Position numbers and translations under genes: made by a program. The notes beneath the pieces were generated by a model. The model made no database searches, was not told the DNA's origin, and saw only the letters and a list, made by a program, of their open reading frames with translations. Below, piece after piece: positions 1-12,505 of a DNA stretch of 64,000 nucleotides; positions within the stretch are counted from its first letter, which is position 1, and each line of letters begins with the position of its first letter. Source of the stretch: the human T2T-CHM13v2.0 reference genome, Homo sapiens. The stretch lies in the NCBI RefSeq assembly GCF_009914755.1, contig NC_060926.1; one strand, 5' to 3'.

Positions 1-272
1 TGGAGTTAGGCAAACCTGGATTCGAATATGGGCTCTACCTGTTGTCTGCCCTTGGGTAGGTAATTTTTCCCACTGAGCATCAGTTTCCTGATAGGTATTA
101 CAGTGACAAGACCTACCTCCTAGAGTTGTCCTTGGAGTAAGGGATTAAATATAATGCAAATCTTAGCACAGTGCCAGGCACATCCGCTCAAGGAATATTA
201 GCTGTTTCTGTCTGGGGCATTATTATCGTTGGTGTTACACTGAAGTGGGCTTGGCTGGGGCTGGGATCTGAC

Positions 273-385
273 CTTCTCCCAGGTAACATCAGCCAAAGCT
301 TGGGAAAGCTCGCACTCGAACGTAGCTGTGTCGCCCTCGGTCACCTCTAGGTCGTGTGGCCCCCGCACGATGGTCACTGGGACCT
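273..385 (-). CDS. OBSL1: OBSL1 exon 16 (first half of an Ig domain, EVPVTIVRGP...VTWEK); gene continues beyond window start
   Basis: Minus strand cccccag|AGGTCC acceptor and GAAG|gtcaga donor; Ig I-set motif in ORF 198..470; 113 nt. Confidence 0.93.
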
Positions 386-1172
386 CTGGGGGTGGGAGAG
401 GGAGGACAGTGCAGAGGGAGCAGGATGGGGACCCATCTTGCAGGGACAAGGAGGACATACACTTGGGCACAACAGGCAGTAGAGGACACTAGCGAGTGGG
501 GTTCGAGCTGGGACAAGTGGTCCAAGAAGGATCTGTCAGTGGTGGGGGTGGGGGGGATGTAGGTGGGCAGGGCCACAGGGCCAATGGGTTAGGAGTGGCC
601 AACTGGGAGTCACACTTTAAGGTGGTCAGTGGGGGAGAAGCTGGGGGCCAGAGGGCAATGGGGAAACAAGCAGAGATGCCAGTGGAGTGGTCAGTGGGAA
701 CATCCTGGGACTGGAAGTAAAAATGGGGGACACTCAAGCAGACTTGCTAGTGATGTCGCCCGTAGGCAGTCAGTGGATTCAAGGGACTGGAGTGGTCACG
801 GGGCCCACACTTAGGCGGGCAGAGGGAGCCACGGCAGACAGTGTAGCCAGTAGGGTCACAGTTAGAGTGGTCAGTGGGGTGGTGTGCAGGCGGGCAGACA
901 GCAGTGACCACAATGGCAAAGGCATGCTCTTGGTAGCAGAGTCAGTGGTTGGCTGAGCCTTGGGCAGTCAGGGGCCACACCCAGGCAGAGGACTCTGGGG
1001 CCACACAGGGCCTATGAGTCAGGGGGATCACACTCTGGCAGGGATGTCAATGAGGGCCACACTGAGACAGGCATGGTCAGTGGGGGTCACACGAGTTGGG
1101 GGTCAGTATTCATGCCTGGGGTAAGTAGGGCCACACAGGTCAGCAGGCAGGCTGTGGTCCTGGAGGCCACAC

Positions 1173-1439
1173 CTCTCACAATGAGTCTGGCTGCGCAGCG
1201 CAGGGAATCCGCCGTGAAGGAGACACAGCCTGAGTCGGCCAGGCCCAGGCCATTGAGTACCAGTCGGTGACGGTGGCCGTCCGAGTGGATGTGACACTTG
1301 GGTCCTGGATACAGCCGTACTCCACCCCGGGCCCACTCCCCGGTCACACCTTCCTGGGACAGCTCCAGCTGGAAGGTGGCACTGCCCCCCTCACTGATGG
1401 TCACGTCCTCCAGAGGCCGCAGCACCCTCAGCTGCCTCG
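1173..1439 (-). CDS. OBSL1: OBSL1 exon 15 (Ig-like domain)
   Basis: ggccag|CGAGG acceptor, GAG|gtgtgg donor; 267 nt, phase 1-1; PRQLRVLRPLEDV...LIVR. Confidence 0.93.
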
Positions 1440-2012
1440 CTGGCCGGGGGAGATGGAGAGAGGGAGGATGAGGCCTCCAGCTCTGGGCAGGGGTTGCAGT
1501 CAATCCTCATCCCTTGGCCCTGCCTACACCCCTGAACACCCAACCTAAGGTCCTGACCAAAAAAGTTCGGAACCAGGGTGCAGGAAGAAAGGAGCACGGT
1601 GGACAGATTTGGCGGGGGGAGGGCTGTATCAGGGTTAGGAGATGAAGGCACAGGAAGGGGGAGAAGTGTGGTTAGGGGGTCGTGGGGTCTGGGTGAGGGG
1701 TGCTGTGACACTTGAAGGAGCACGGAATTTGGAGTCAGACACACTAGGAATGGAACCTCGCTCTACCACATAGTTTGTGTGCTATGTGATCTTTGGCAAA
1801 TGGCCTGACCTCTCTGGACCCCAGTTGCCCCAGCTGTACAAGGTGAATAACATTGGGACACAGGTTTATTGTGATGATTTCTTGAATGAAATAAGTTAGA
1901 AGAGATGTGTCACCAATGACAACCATTCACCAAGCTCTGTGTAAGAATTTTCATGTTATCTCAGTTAATGTTCCCAGAGACACTTGAGACGGGGATCAAC
2001 CCCATTTTTAAA

Positions 2013-2290
<278 letters not shown>

Positions 2291-2694
2291 TAAGGAGACT
2301 TGGCTCAAAGAGGTTAACTTGCATGAGGTCACATAGGAAACAGAGGGCTCCAGCTTTGGGTGGGAGGTGTGGGGTGCTGTTTGACAGCCATCCCTGCTAC
2401 TTAAGTGGGTATGTGTATCCCTAGAATACATGCCTGAAGGATGCCCATGGCAAGTCTTTCTGGAGAATATTTGTGTTTATAGCAAAGCCGACTTGGAAAT
2501 ATGCAATGGAATGCAAAATCCACATGGATTTCTAAGGTAAATAAAAAATATTAGAAAAAGAAAAGTTTTGCTTTGGGCAAGCTGCTGCTGGGACGGCCAT
2601 GGGTGACTTTTCTCAGCGATGAGGGGCACTTTGGTGGGGGCCTGAGGGACTCCAGGACAGCCAGAAAAGGCTGTGGTGTAGGGTGGGTAATGCA

Positions 2695-2717
2695 TTAAGA
2701 GAGGACGGGGCACTCAC
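2695..2717 (-). CDS. OBSL1: OBSL1 intron-14 read-through tail (RECPVLS*), giving a 1543-aa isoform
   Basis: ORF 2695..3051 continues past the donor to TAA; summed exon lengths give 1543 aa, matching an isoform length I recall. Confidence 0.65.
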
Positions 2718-2990
2718 GCCTCACGCTGAGCCTGGCCAGGGTGCGATCGTGGTGGCTCTCGCAGCCGTAGGTGCCCTGGTCGGCCAGTATGACACCATGG
2801 ATGAAGAGGCGGTGGATGTGCCCATCCTGGGCCATGGACAGGCGAGAGTCGTGGGGCAGGGGCTGCCCACCTCGCACCCAGCGCACGGCCCCCGCTGCAC
2901 CCACTCGGCCTGTCTCCACTTCGAGACACACGTCCTGGCCTTCCTCTGCCCGCACATCCTGCAACCGCCGTAGGAACAGCAGCTCTGTCT
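2718..2990 (-). CDS. OBSL1: OBSL1 exon 14 (Ig-like domain)
   Basis: caccag|AGACAG acceptor, GGC|gtgagt donor; 273 nt; ETELLFLRRLQDV...DQGTYGC. Confidence 0.95.
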
Positions 2991-3151
2991 CTGGTGGGGA
3001 AGAAGGAGGCCATGGAGTCTGGTGGGGTTGGAGGCTGGCCCCTTGCTCCATCCCACTGGTCTGTCCCTAGGTGGAGAGGCAAGGCTGCTGGAATCCTGGT
3101 TGGGAGTACAGGCACGGGACACAGAGTATCTCATCCTCATCAGGACCTAAC

Positions 3152-3421
3152 CTCGAACATGGAGCCGGGCACTTGTGGCCGTGCTCCCTGCCCGCAAAGT
3201 CACGGTCCCTGCATCCCCCAGTTGGCAGCCTCGCAAGGTTAAGATGCGGCTTGAACCATTCTGGGCCATCTCCACCTGGGGCCCTGGAGTGACGACGGCC
3301 CCATTGCGCAGCCAGGTGACATCGGCATCTGGTGGGGAGACTTCACACCGGAACGTGGCATCATCGCCCTCGTGGACAGTGAGTGGTGTCAGGTCCGAGA
3401 CCAGCTTCACCAGCAGTGGCT
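3152..3421 (-). CDS. OBSL1: OBSL1 exon 13 (Ig-like domain)
   Basis: ccttag|AGCCAC acceptor, GAG|gttagg donor; 270 nt. Confidence 0.95.
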
Positions 3422-4040
3422 CTAAGGGGCACGGTAAGGCAGTGAGCTGGGCTGAGTCTTTTCTTCTCTCTCCTTTTCATCCCCTCCTCAGGATGCAGGC
3501 CCTCGTCCCCAGTCATTTAACAGACCTTCTGTGAGGACCTACTATGTATCGACCACACCGATGGCCCAAAGGACAAGATGCCAGCTCCCTGCCACTCCTT
3601 TTAGTCAGTTCCTCGTAATCCTAGCCTAGCACCCCACCTTGGTGGCACCCTAATAATATCATTTACCAGGGACCCTATTTACAGCATTTACTTGTCACAA
3701 CAGGCCTATAAGAAAAGCACTATCCCCTCTTTTCAGAGCCGGGGCTCAGACAGGTTGAACAACTTGGCCAATGTCACACAGCTACTGGGGCACAGAATCT
3801 AGGCTGGAACCTGGCTGGGTGGACTCTAGAGCCCCTGCTTTTAACCACTGGTTTATGCTGCTCTCAACATGAGGGTTTCTGGAAAGAGGAGCCCTGAGCC
3901 CCTATCCAAGTGATGGTCATGCACGCACTGGTTGGAGCCAGAAGCAGCAAAGCGGGGGTGGAGGAGTAAGGGGGCCCTAGAAAGTGGCAGATGGTCCTTG
4001 GGGTGCCACAGCCCACAGGGTGTGAGGGGTACACTGTTAC

Positions 4041-4316
4041 CTTCCACGCTGACAAGGAAGATGCGGCTGTCCTGGGGCGCATCGCACAGGTACTCCCCAG
4101 CGTCCCCGCTCCGTGCCCCCTGCACCCGCAGCACCTGCCTGGCCCCGGCCTGCTCCAGCTGCACCCGCCCCTGGCTTGCCAGTCGCTCCCCGTCCTTGTA
4201 CCAGCGTACAGGGCCCCCTGGCCCGGAGAGGTGCACCACCAGCTCTAGGTCCCCGCCTGGGGTGCTCCGAACCCTCGTCTGGGCTGCCTCGGGAGCTACC
4301 ACCCGCACAGGGGGCT
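4041..4316 (-). CDS. OBSL1: OBSL1 exon 12 (Ig-like domain)
   Basis: ccacag|AGCCCC acceptor, AAG|gtaaca donor; 276 nt; WYKDG...DAGEYLC. Confidence 0.95.
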
Positions 4317-4520
4317 CTGTGGAGTCAGAGCTGGAGGTCACTGGGAGGGAGAGGCTCAGGGCTTTGAGGAGGGCACGGGGAGGCATGACGGGGAAGGTAC
4401 TGAGAGAAGTGGGGCCAGGGATGGGCAAGGCATGCTGGAAAAGCAGGAATCCCGCAGAGTTTGGGGTGCCACTCTCAGGCTTGGTGCCACTCTCAGGCTT
4501 AATGCCCAGGCTGTACTCAC

Positions 4521-4808
4521 CAGCCACCTGGACGGTGAAGCTGAGGCTTGGGGCTCCGGGGGCTGCTCCAGACTGGCAGGTGTAGAGCCCTGCATGGGCT
4601 GGGCCTGCAGCCTGGATGCAGAGGACTCGGCGGGGGCCCTCGGCATGGAGCTCTAGGCCCTCGCCCTCCTGCACGGGCCTCCCATTGTGGCTCCAGACCA
4701 CGGGGGCGCCAGCCCGGGACAGTTCACAGCTCAGCACCACTGGCTCCCCAGGGGCCACACAGAGCGGGCTTGGAGTTGTCTCTAGAGCAAGGAACTGCAC
4801 TGGAGGCT
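4521..4808 (-). CDS. OBSL1: OBSL1 exon 11 (Ig-like domain)
   Basis: ctccag|AGCCTC acceptor, CTG|gtgagt donor; 288 nt. Confidence 0.95.
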
Positions 4809-4881
4809 CTGGAGAAGAGAGGAAGGTGTCATCCCATGCTTGCCCTTGCCTCCCTGCCCTGGGTTGGCCAGGAGCACCCAC

Positions 4882-5157
4882 CAGCCAGGATGACATTGAA
4901 GGTGATGGCCTCATGCCGGGTCTCACACACATACTCCCCGGCGTCCTCAGGCTGGGCGTGGGGCAGGGTCAGGGTGCGGGTGGGCCCCTCGGCACCCAGC
5001 TGCAGGGCATCTGATGCCTCCACTTCCAGCCCGTCCTTGTACCAGCGCACCTGAGACCCAGCTGGGGCCACCTCACAGCGCAGCTCCACGCGCCCTGGAG
5101 CCCCAAAATGCAGATCCAGGGAGCGGGCTGCCGGGTGCACAATCCTCTCTGGTGGGG
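4882..5157 (-). CDS. OBSL1: OBSL1 exon 10 (Ig-like domain)
   Basis: caccag|CCCCAC acceptor, CTG|gtgggt donor; 276 nt; WYKDG...DAGEYVC. Confidence 0.95.
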
Positions 5158-5922
5158 CTGGTGGGTGGGCATGGAGAGGGGCACATAGGCTTGGCCAGCA
5201 GGCCTCTCCTGCCTCACCCGCCAGATCCTCAGCCCTCCCCACTGGCAGCACAGCTCTTGAGAACAGTGCCAGCTGCAGTCCATGGAGCAGCTGCTGTGTG
5301 CCAGGCACTGTCCTAAGAACCCTGTGTTTTTTCAATCAGTTACTCTGACCACCCTCAAGAGGTGCACAGCTGCTGGCTGCACTTCATGGCTGAGGACCTG
5401 AGGCCTCTTTAGAAGAAACTGACTTGCCTAAGGTCACACAGACAGAAAGAGGCAGATCTAGACTCACACCCAGATCTACACACCCCACTCCACACCCATC
5501 CCCACTTCCTATCCCCTTTCCCTGCCTTGCCTCTGATGCACTTGTTACCACCTGACAAACCATCTCTTTTATTTTTTGTCTGTCCACCCTCACCAGAGTT
5601 TAAACTCTGTGAAGACAAGAGGTTTAGTCTTATTGGTTCACTGCTGTATCCCCAGCATCTAAAACAGTGCCAAGCACATAGTAGTTGCTCAATGAGTATT
5701 GAACGAATGGATGAATGAACGAATGGTTCTAATTGCTGGGCACCCTCCCACCAGGCCTCTGGTCCTGACCTGATGTGGCTAAGCAGGATTCTGATGGCCA
5801 AACATGAGGAAGCTGGATAAGGGGAAGGCTGGGGATGGGGTGGGGGAGGTGGGGCTAGGTGGGTGTCTGTCCCTTAGCCCCCTACCTCTCTACCTCCTCT
5901 CTGTGCTGCAGAGACTGCCCAC

Positions 5923-6195
5923 CTGTGACAGTGACAGTGAAGAAGGCCGAGTCATCTCCAGCATCACATACAAACTCGCCCCCGTCCTCGGGCTGAGCAG
6001 CAGGTAGCACCAGGCGGCAGCGTGGCCCATCCCTCTCCAGCACCAGGGCCTCGCTCTCCTCCACTTCCAGCCCATCCTTGTACCAGCGCACAGGGGCATC
6101 CTCCCGAGACAGTTCACACATCAGCACCACACACTCCAAGGTCACGGCGATCAAGGTCACCTCATCGCGAGGGTATATGATCCGCACTGGGGGTT
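5923..6195 (-). CDS. OBSL1: OBSL1 exon 9 (Ig-like domain)
   Basis: ctgcag|AACCCC acceptor, CAG|gtgggc donor; 273 nt. Confidence 0.95.
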
Positions 6196-6324
6196 CTGCA
6201 GGGTGGGGACAACCACAGCCTGTCACAAGCTCACCGTCAGCCTCTCTGGAGCCATTCGGCAGCATGAAGTCCCTATCACCCACATAATAATGAGAATAAT
6301 AAGTAAAATAATAATAAGCAATAA

Positions 6325-6756
6325 TAGGTCCACAGTTTGTTCTCTGAAATCCCTGGGGCCAGAGGGTGTTACAGAATCCAGAATGCTTTGGATTCCAGAA
6401 ATGATGCGTTTCTCATCTATCACATACCTTCCTCAGCCCCCACGGGAGCCTCCCCCTTCATCGGTCACGTTAACATGTCTGTGGTATAACACATACTACA
6501 TTCACCCTAAGCAGGATAGATTGAAAGATACAGAATCTTACAGATACAAGCATATATCTATAAGACACTCATATCTTATAGATATACAGCTATAGCTATA
6601 TTCACCCTCAGCAGGATAATTAAAGCATAGAAATAGCTTCAGAGCAATCAAGCTCAGGTTTTCCTGAAATGACTTGGAATACAAAACTTACAAAAAGCCT
6701 TTTGATTTTGAGAGTTTTGGAATTTTGGAACCATGGATAAGGGATGGTGGATCTAC
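6325..6756. mobile_element. Old non-autonomous DNA transposon (MER96B-like)
   Basis: Degenerate terminal inverted ends taggtccaca.../...gtggatcta; family assigned from memory. Confidence 0.45.
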
Positions 6757-8424
6757 AATAGCAAACATTGATATGACACTTCCTAAGGTCCAGGAACAGT
6801 CCCAAGCACTTGAAACATTTAACTCTCACGGCAATCCTAAGAGGAAGGTAGTGTTTTGTCCCCATTTTCCATATAAGGGACTGGGCACAGAGTGATTATA
6901 CAACTTCCTTAAGGTCACAGCTGGCTACACCCACTCTGGGGCAGGAGGAGGAAATACCCTCTGTTAAAGGGAGGCTCAGACCCCACAGGTAGTGGCAGGA
7001 ATTCCAAGCCAAGGCTTGCAGGAACTCAGTAATGCTTTTTGCATTCAACGTCTGTCTGAGAGTTCCCCAGGGGTGCTAAATGCTGATTCTGGGAGCTCAT
7101 CTCCAAGTTCTGGTCACTCCTCTGCAGAAAGGGAACCATGTCAATATTAGAGGTGACCAGCGCATGGAGCCCAGGCCTGCCCACACCCCTGCTGCCCCCA
7201 GGTCCCCCCAGAATCTTCAAGTTTTGGGGCGACTACTGCTCCATTAGCCTCTGGCCCCCTGGTGGCTGGGCTGAGGAACTGCTAGCTTCCCAATCAGGGG
7301 CCAGGGTTGGGGGGGTGGGGGCTGGGGGTGGTTTATAGGGGCATGCATGGGCCGAGGTAACCACAAGCTCCCACTCAGCCCCCCAGCCTCCACGGAGACT
7401 CCTGCCTTGAGCCACACAACCCACCTCCCCCATGGGCTTGCTTGCTCTAAGGGTCTGGGGGATGCAGGCTGGTCCTCTGGGGCCGAGCAAGGCCAGGAGA
7501 GACCAGAATGCAGCTGCCTGAGGAGTGGGGAAGGTGATGAGGGCAGTGGGGTGAGGACAGGGTGCAGTGATGGGACCGGGTGGCTGCCCAGCCCCGGGAC
7601 CTCAGCTTGGTGTCAGACTTGATTCGCTCTGGCCTAGAGCAGAGGTGGTGTTTGTGTGAACTTCCCTGTGAAGAGAGTGGTGTTTGTGGGGAGCCTGAGC
7701 ATGGGCTGGAGTTTGTGTGGCTGTGGCCATTCTGTCTGGCCATGGCTGGGTGGGAGAGGGTGAAGATGATTACGACAGGGCAGAATATGTGCAGAAGGCC
7801 TCTTAGGCATTGTGGGCTTGTGTGTGTAGAGTGCATTAGCTGGGGTGCAAGGAGCAGGGGGGCCCTAAACAGCTCTGCATGGGGCGTGACTTTCAGGGCA
7901 GGGCTGGGAGAGGACAGGACTGTGGCCGCAGTAGGATGGGGGCTCCAGTGCAGCCACTGGGGTTCTGTGCCCCCCAGAGCTGCCTAGCCCTATGGACCCC
8001 CAGCCCCAGGCACACACTGGGCTGGGCGCTGTGAGCCGTCACCCCGAGGTCTCCGGCACTGAACCTCCGTCACTTCCACAGTTGTCCTGTGCTTCTCCCG
8101 CTTTGAATATTCCCCCACACCCCACCCCACTTAGCTCCAGTATCAGCTTTGAAAGCACTTCCTGTTGCCTGGCCAGGGTGGTGGCTCCCAGCCCCAGGGT
8201 CCCTAGAGTGGCCCTCAACAACCCATGCTCTAAGATCCTGGAATGCGTCTGGCTTTCCTGCCAGGCTGTGCAGTCCTAGAGGGAAGCGGCCGTGTCTGCG
8301 TGCTGCTGGCTCCCGTGTGTGGAAGGGTGACTTTCTCCCAGGCCCTTCCTGACCCTCCTGCTCTGTGCTCTTGAGCCCTCTGCCCTTGGCCCTCACAGTA
8401 CTTATCACCAGGTGTCACTGTACA

Positions 8425-8442
8425 TTTATTTGCATGTTTATT
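8425..8442 (-). terminator. OBSL1: Tandem AATAAA polyadenylation signals for the short OBSL1 isoform
   Basis: tttatt at 8425-8430 and 8437-8442, about 140 nt downstream of the TAG at 8583. Confidence 0.8.
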
Positions 8443-8451
8443 GGTTTAACA

Positions 8452-8774
8452 CAGGGGTCGCAAACTCAAATGCCCACAGGGGCCAGGTTAGGTTAGCGGC
8501 TGAAGCAGTCTGGGGAGAGGCAAAAAGCAATGGCAGGGAGGTGGGACAGAGGAATGTGGGCCCCAAACTATGGGGGCAGCTGCTACTCAGTGCCAGCTGT
8601 TCGTCGCCATGGGGGGAAGCGGGACCAGAGCCGCCGGGTCTTCGGCTTTTTCAAGAGGACGCATAACTCCGGATTGTTATTTGAACTGTCCTGACTTTGG
8701 TAAGACTCTGCAGACCAAACAAAGCACATGTGTGGAATGCGCAGGGCCCCAGGACTACCCGTTTGCGACCCCTG
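8452..8774. mobile_element. hAT-Charlie family DNA transposon (MER102-like)
   Basis: Perfect 14-bp TIRs caggggtcgcaaac (8452) and gtttgcgacccctg (ends 8774); degenerate TSD gtttaaca/gttaaca. Confidence 0.8.
8583..8707 (-). CDS. OBSL1: OBSL1 alternative terminal exon (ESYQSQDSSNNNPELCVLLKKPKTRRLWSRFPPWRRTAGTE*), 1025-aa isoform
   Basis: gtctgcag|AGTCTT acceptor in phase 1 after exon 8; 41 codons then TAG; polyA signals follow; total length matches a short isoform I recall. Confidence 0.85.
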
Positions 8775-9100
8775 GTTAACAGCTGCCTCCTCACCTAGCC
8801 TGGCAGCTCATTCAGAATAGGGACCGTATTTGCATTACTCACCTGCTACTCCCAGTGCCTGATTCAGGGAAAGTGCTCAGTAAATGAGCTGTGGAGCAGA
8901 GCTAGGCCTGGCCTTGGGCACCGGGGAGGGGCTTGTTTCCTTGAATAGGGGCCCTGGGCTCATCTCAGCAAGAACCCTGGCACATGCACCTGCAGCCCAC
9001 ACCTCCCTCCTCCCCGGGGTGCTAGCTGGGGCTATGTGGCCAGCTCCTCCAGGGCTCAGGGCTGTCTCTGTGACCCCGGGGAGCTGGGCTGGGCCCACAC

Positions 9101-9373
9101 CTGTGACGGTGACAGTGAAGGAGGCCGACTCATCGTCAATTTCACACAAGTACTCGCCGGAGTCCTCGAGCTGGACAGCGGGCAGCACCAGGCGGCGGAC
9201 AGTGTCTTCCTTCTGCAGGAGCAGCGCGGGGCTCTCCACCACCTCCTCTCCATCCTTGGTCCAGCGCACCTCTGCCCAGGGCCGGCATAGCTCACAGGTC
9301 AGCACCACACGCTCCAGGCGCACGGCTGCCACATACACCTTGCCGCTGGGATACACGATCCACGAGGAGACGT
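9101..9373 (-). CDS. OBSL1: OBSL1 exon 8 (Ig-like domain)
   Basis: ctccag|ACGTCT acceptor, CAG|gtgtgg donor; 273 nt. Confidence 0.95.
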
Positions 9374-10053
9374 CTGGAGGACAGGGACAGCCACTGCCGG
9401 GCATGAGGGGTGTGCCCTGCCGTCCTCCCTGACCCCGTTGTGTTCCCTACCCCTGGAAAGTAGGCCATGTGTTGAAGAGGGACCTTCCTGAGACCAAATC
9501 TCACAGCAGCTGACAGTTACTCACAGCTAGAGACACACGAATACAGCTGTCACAAAAGCACAGCAGACTTTCTGCTGCGCAGGAGCTGCACAGAGGGGAC
9601 CACGGGGTCAGCCTCGGCTGTAGAAACGCTCCACATTCTCTGGGTTGGGACAGGGATGGTATGAAGGGTGGAACTGATGAGAGGAGGGTTGGGGGGAGGA
9701 GCTGGGGGTCTCCTCCTCCAAGATGTTTTTGCCCCCCTAGTGCCTGAGACCACCAGCCCTAGACTCTGCCCTACCCTGCAATAGACTCACTGTCCCCAGA
9801 GATTTCCCTTGGTACAGGTTTTCAGGAGAATAGAGAAAGCCAGGCTTCCTTAGCCAAGACCAATGTGCTTATGATAACACGTTTCCTGAATGTGACTAGA
9901 CCATAGCTTGAGGAGAAAGGGAGGAGGTCCGATCTGCCAGGGGGAGGGCAGTAGGGGCGGGGAACAGTGGCCCGGGAGTGAAGGTGTGGCAGCTGTTCCA
10001 GTGGGAGCAGGGGCACCTTCCCCTGTGCCTCCGAGGCCCACCTGGCCCCCCAC

Positions 10054-10326
10054 CTGTGATGGTGACAGTGAAGTAGGCACACTCATCTCCAGCGACGCAC
10101 TGAAACTCGCCCCCGTCTGAGGGCTGGGTGGCGGGCAGCACCAGGCGGCGATGGGGCCCCTCATTCTCCAGCACCACGAAGTCACTCTCCTCCACCTCCT
10201 GCCCGTCCTTGTACCAACGCACAGGGGCGTCCTCTCGGTCCACCTCACAGGCCAGCATGACACACTCGGAAGTTATGGCATGCACGAACACATGTTCTCG
10301 GGGGTCCACGATGTGCACGGGAGGAT
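10054..10326 (-). CDS. OBSL1: OBSL1 exon 7 (Ig-like domain)
   Basis: acccag|ATCCTC acceptor, CAG|gtgggg donor; 273 nt. Confidence 0.95.
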
Positions 10327-11353
10327 CTGGGTGGGAAGCAGAGATGGCATTGCACAGTCACCCCCGCACAATGAGTCCAAACTAGCTGTGTGGCCAGGAG
10401 ACACTGTTTCTGCACAAGAGGACACTGGAGGAGGGCTAAGGTCCTGCTGTGTAGGGACTCAGGGACAATGACAAGGAATGCTGAGGGCATGGCAGGTGAG
10501 GCATGGCAGGAGATCATGTGGCACCAGAGTGCTCTGTAGGTCCCCAAAGGATCAGAGGTGGCGGGGTGAGTACATAGAGAGAAGGAAGCACAGAGAGTTC
10601 ACAGAGTGGCAGCCACCATTTGTCTAGGCTGAAGGGAGGTCACTGTCACAAGTCACATCAGGGCCATGCTTACTGCCTCTATTACGAGAAAGACCCCAGG
10701 GTGGGCAGGAGGTGAAGGATGATCCAACAAGTGGCAACAGTGAGACAGCCACTCTCCAGGTAGTGGGTTCCCTGTCACTGGGTGCATTCAGGCAGGGGCC
10801 ACAGTGTGGAAAACAGGACTCCCACTCAGTGAGATGAGTGGGATCCATGGTTCCCAAGCTGCTCTCTCAGAGAGTCTGCACTTGTTAGGAAAGGATCTTC
10901 AGGCTCCACCCTGGATACTGGGGCTCTGGACAGTCCAGGGATTTATAACCAGCTTCCAGGAGCTTCCTAAAGCAGCCAGCCTACGGACTGCCTTGTGAGA
11001 ACCACGGGGTGACTGCACTCGATGCTTCTGTTTGACTCTATCTGAGGCAGCAGGAACAGAACAATCCTGTGTGTGTCGCCAAGCTATGGTGTGACGGAGG
11101 TCACATAACCTCTTACAGCCTCCATTTCTTTGCCTGTGAACTGGAGATATATTGCCCCTCATCGAGTTGTGAAGATTAAATGAAAGAGTGTATATTGAAA
11201 ATACTTAGCATAGTGCTTGGCTGAGAGTAAGTGTCCAAAAAGTGTTTGCTCCCATCTCTCCTCCCCTTAATTGCATTTTGTTCCCCCACCCAACCCAGCA
11301 GAGGCTATGTGGACAGCGAGACAGTGTTAGTGTATCAGGGGTTTAGGAGGCAA

Positions 11354-11882
<529 letters not shown>

Positions 11883-11940
11883 TTATGCGGCCCCACAATC
11901 AGCCTTGGCTGGAGGAGCCCAGGCTGGCATGCTTCCTGAC

Positions 11941-12213
11941 CTTGGACAGTGACGCCGAAGAAGGCCGAGACCCCTTCTGTCCTGCACTCAAACTCGCCAC
12001 TGTCCTGGACTTTGGCCTCAGGCAGGATCAGACGGTGTTTGCGCCCATCCATCTTCACCACCAGCAACTCGCTCTCCTCCACCTTCTGCCCATCCTTGTA
12101 CCAGGTTGCCGGGAAGTCCACCCTTGAGAGCTCACAAGTCAGCACCACCCGCTCTGAGGTTGTGAAGGTCAACGACACCTTGTCCTGGGGGCTCAGGATG
12201 TGCACCGGGCTCT
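11941..12213 (-). CDS. OBSL1: OBSL1 exon 6 (Ig-like domain)
   Basis: acacag|AGAGCC acceptor, AAG|gtcagg donor; 273 nt. Confidence 0.95.
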
Positions 12214-12347
12214 CTGTGTGGGGAGAAGTACAGATAAGCACCCCTCCCTCCGGTGCATGGGCTCAGTGTCGGATGCATCAGAGGGAACAACTGCTGTTGT
12301 TGGGGTTTTTAAAAATAGGCTTAGGCTTCCACACCAACCCTTAAGAG

Positions 12348-12505
12348 CAGTGCTTTGGCTGTGCATAAGAATTCCTAGGGAGCCTGCTAAAAATGCAGAA
12401 TTCTTGGATTCCCAAGCACGCAGGGGCCAGGAAATCTGCATTATAAACCAGCCCTCCAGGTGGTTCTGATGTCAGTGAACTGGGATCCCATTTTGGAAAT
12501 GCTGC
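12348..12505. mobile_element. MER5-like hAT DNA transposon remnant
   Basis: aaaaatgcaga...ccaggaaatctgcatt...ccaggtggttctgatg motifs typical of MER5. Confidence 0.6.
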
